The notes under the pieces: generated by a model
Seen by the model: the letters and a program-made list of their open reading frames with translations, nothing else
Database searches by the model: none
What the model was told of the DNA's origin: nothing
Program-made: the position numbers and the translations under genes
Virus record (IMG/VR): IMGVR_UViG_3300025840_000207
Span: 1 to 26,704 of that record
Source of the DNA: a virus
Lineage: Duplodnaviria; Caudoviricetes
Direction: 5' to 3' (one strand)
Length of the DNA: 26,704 bases
Shown here: piece by piece, positions 25,274-26,704 of the stretch
Numbering within the stretch: position 1 is the stretch's first letter
Layout: each line of letters starts with the position of its first letter

Positions 25274-26704
25274 ATGGCTACTATAGAAATTGCAGATAAT
25301 GACGCTAGAGTCCAATACACACAGGCCGTTGTTGCTAGTACTACGCAATTAACGATTGATTTCCCATTCTTTGACGTTGATGACATCAATGTTATTGTAA
25401 CAACTGCGGCTGGTGTTGATACTACGCTGTCCAGAGGTACAGGTACTGGTACATTTGCTGTTACAGGAACTGCGGTAGATGATGGATTTTCTGGTGGATA
25501 TATTACTCTTGGCGACAATTATAGCGCAGGAACTGATACATTCACTATTTTTAGGGACATACCTGTAGCTAGAACTACAGATTTCCCAACATCAGGACCT
25601 TTTAATATCTCGTCACTCAATACTGAGTTAGACAAGATTATTGCTATTGAGCAAGAGTTAGAGACTAAGGTTAGCCGTACAATGAAGCTGTCAGATTCTG
25701 ACACTGCCGCTTCAATTACACTACCTTCATCAGCAGCTAGAGCGAACAAGTTTCTATCATTTGATGCCAACGGTGCTGTAACGGTAACAACTACTATTGG
25801 TACATATCAGGGAACTGATACAACAACTACCACAACTGGCTATGTAAAAAACGATTTAGTTAAATCTACAACTACAGCACAATTAAATAATGTTTATATC
25901 TGTATTGCAGATAGTCCCAGTGGCACATTGCTTACAAACACAGCTTATTGGGAACTGGTTGTAGATGCTGTATCAGCCGCTACGTCAGCTACCAATGCGG
26001 CTAACAGTGCATCGGCTGCCTCTACAAGCGCAACAAATGCCGCTACAAGCGAAACCAATGCGGCAACTAGCGAGGCTAATGCCGCAACATCGGAAGCAAA
26101 TGCTGCCACCTCTGAGACTAATGCAGCTACTTCTGAGACAAATGCGGCGACATCTGCTACTAATGCCGCTAACAGTGCATCTGCGGCAGAGGCTACATTC
26201 GACCTATTTGATGATGCGTATCTAGGTGCAAAGGCCAGTGACCCAACACTGGACAATGACGGCAACGCATTACAGGATGGTGCGTTGTACTTTGACACAA
26301 CCAACAATGTGATGAAGGTTTACGACCTCGGCACGACAACTTGGCTTCGGCTAACACCTACCGTTGCCAATCAAACAAACATTAACACAGTAGCTGGCAT
26401 AGCCAGTGATGTAACCACTGTTGCAGGGGTAAGCAGTAATGTAACTACTGTTGCCGGAGTTTCTGCTAATGTGACTACGGTTGCTGGGGTATCATCTGAT
26501 GTAACCACAGTAGCAGGTATTTCTTCTAATGTAACTACTGTGGCTGGCAACAGCGCAGATATAACAACAGTAGCTGGGATATCATCTGATGTTAGTGCGG
26601 TAGGTGCTGTAGCGGCTAACGTCACAACCGTTGCAAACAACCTTACAGATATTAATGCTTTTGCTAATACTTACTTTATTGGGGCAACCGCACCATCCTC
26701 GCCT
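25274..26704 (+). CDS. Tail fibre (T7 gp17-like N-terminal anchor), truncated by the window end (not in ORF track)
   Basis: Open from ATG 25274 to the end: MATIEIADNDARVQYT...DFPFFDVDDINV...TIFRDIPVARTTDF...LNTELD; YLGAKASDPTLDNDGNALQDGALYF. Confidence 0.9.
   Translation, partial: MATIEIADNDARVQYTQAVVASTTQLTIDFPFFDVDDINVIVTTAAGVDTTLSRGTGTGTFAVTGTAVDDGFSGGYITLGDNYSAGTDTFTIFRDIPVARTTDFPTSGPFNISSLNTELDKIIAIEQELETKVSRTMKLSDSDTAASITLPSSAARANKFLSFDANGAVTVTTTIGTYQGTDTTTTTTGYVKNDLVKSTTTAQLNNVYICIADSPSGTLLTNTAYWELVVDAVSAATSATNAANSASAASTSATNAATSETNAATSEANAATSEANAATSETNAATSETNAATSATNAANSASAAEATFDLFDDAYLGAKASDPTLDNDGNALQDGALYFDTTNNVMKVYDLGTTTWLRLTPTVANQTNINTVAGIASDVTTVAGVSSNVTTVAGVSANVTTVAGVSSDVTTVAGISSNVTTVAGNSADITTVAGISSDVSAVGAVAANVTTVANNLTDINAFANTYFIGATAPSSP
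25974..26187 (+). repeat. 21-bp coding repeats (NAATSET/A heptads) in the tail fibre
   Basis: About 10 heptads with synonymous divergence; coiled-coil shaft. Confidence 0.85.
26381..26640 (+). repeat. 30-bp coding repeats (VTTVAGxSxx) in the tail fibre
   Basis: About 8-9 decapeptide units, e.g. GTAACCACTGTTGCAGGG / GTAACTACTGTTGCCGGA. Confidence 0.85.

Noticed and set aside
25974-26640. Periodic repeats as a CRISPR array or DGR template/variable repeats
   Set aside because: Periods are 21 and 30 nt, in frame, with third-position variation and no spacers; no reverse transcriptase or adenine-specific repeat pair is in the window
25160-26640. Minus-strand ORFs 25160-25348, 25195-25518, 25519-25770, 25945-26307, 26371-26640 and + ORF 25965-26225
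   Set aside because: Shadows of the tail-fibre gene, which the track missed because it has no stop inside the window
1-26704. Stop-codon reassignment, introns/inteins, tRNA, integrase/att
   Set aside because: Genes tile densely in the standard code using all three stops; TerL, portal and capsid have normal lengths; no such motifs were seen by eye

Overview
A 26.7-kb segment of a dsDNA short-tailed (podovirus-type) phage genome, probably marine and probably infecting an alphaproteobacterium (both inferred). Left end (+): an XRE HTH regulator and a RuvC-like resolvase. These converge on a leftward early-type operon (5998->679, - strand) of small hypothetical genes, two membrane proteins, SSB, a DnaJ-type Zn-finger miniprotein and a long plasmid-type ParB. 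A ~550-bp non-coding region (6000-6575) is packed with nested imperfect inverted repeats. Its outer fold brings sigma70 -35/-10 hexamers into duplex, like an ssDNA (Frpo-type) promoter. Rightward late region: TerS, TerL, a permuted papain-like protein, portal, basic miniproteins, scaffold, major capsid protein, tail adaptor and nozzle, three ejection proteins, and a tail fibre that runs off the window. The largest ejection protein has an N-terminal pesticin-like lysozyme and an inserted ART-like domain. Six short ORFs and the tail fibre are missing from the supplied ORF track and were read by hand. No RNA polymerase, integrase, tRNA or CRISPR was seen. All family names come from motif recognition, not database searches.
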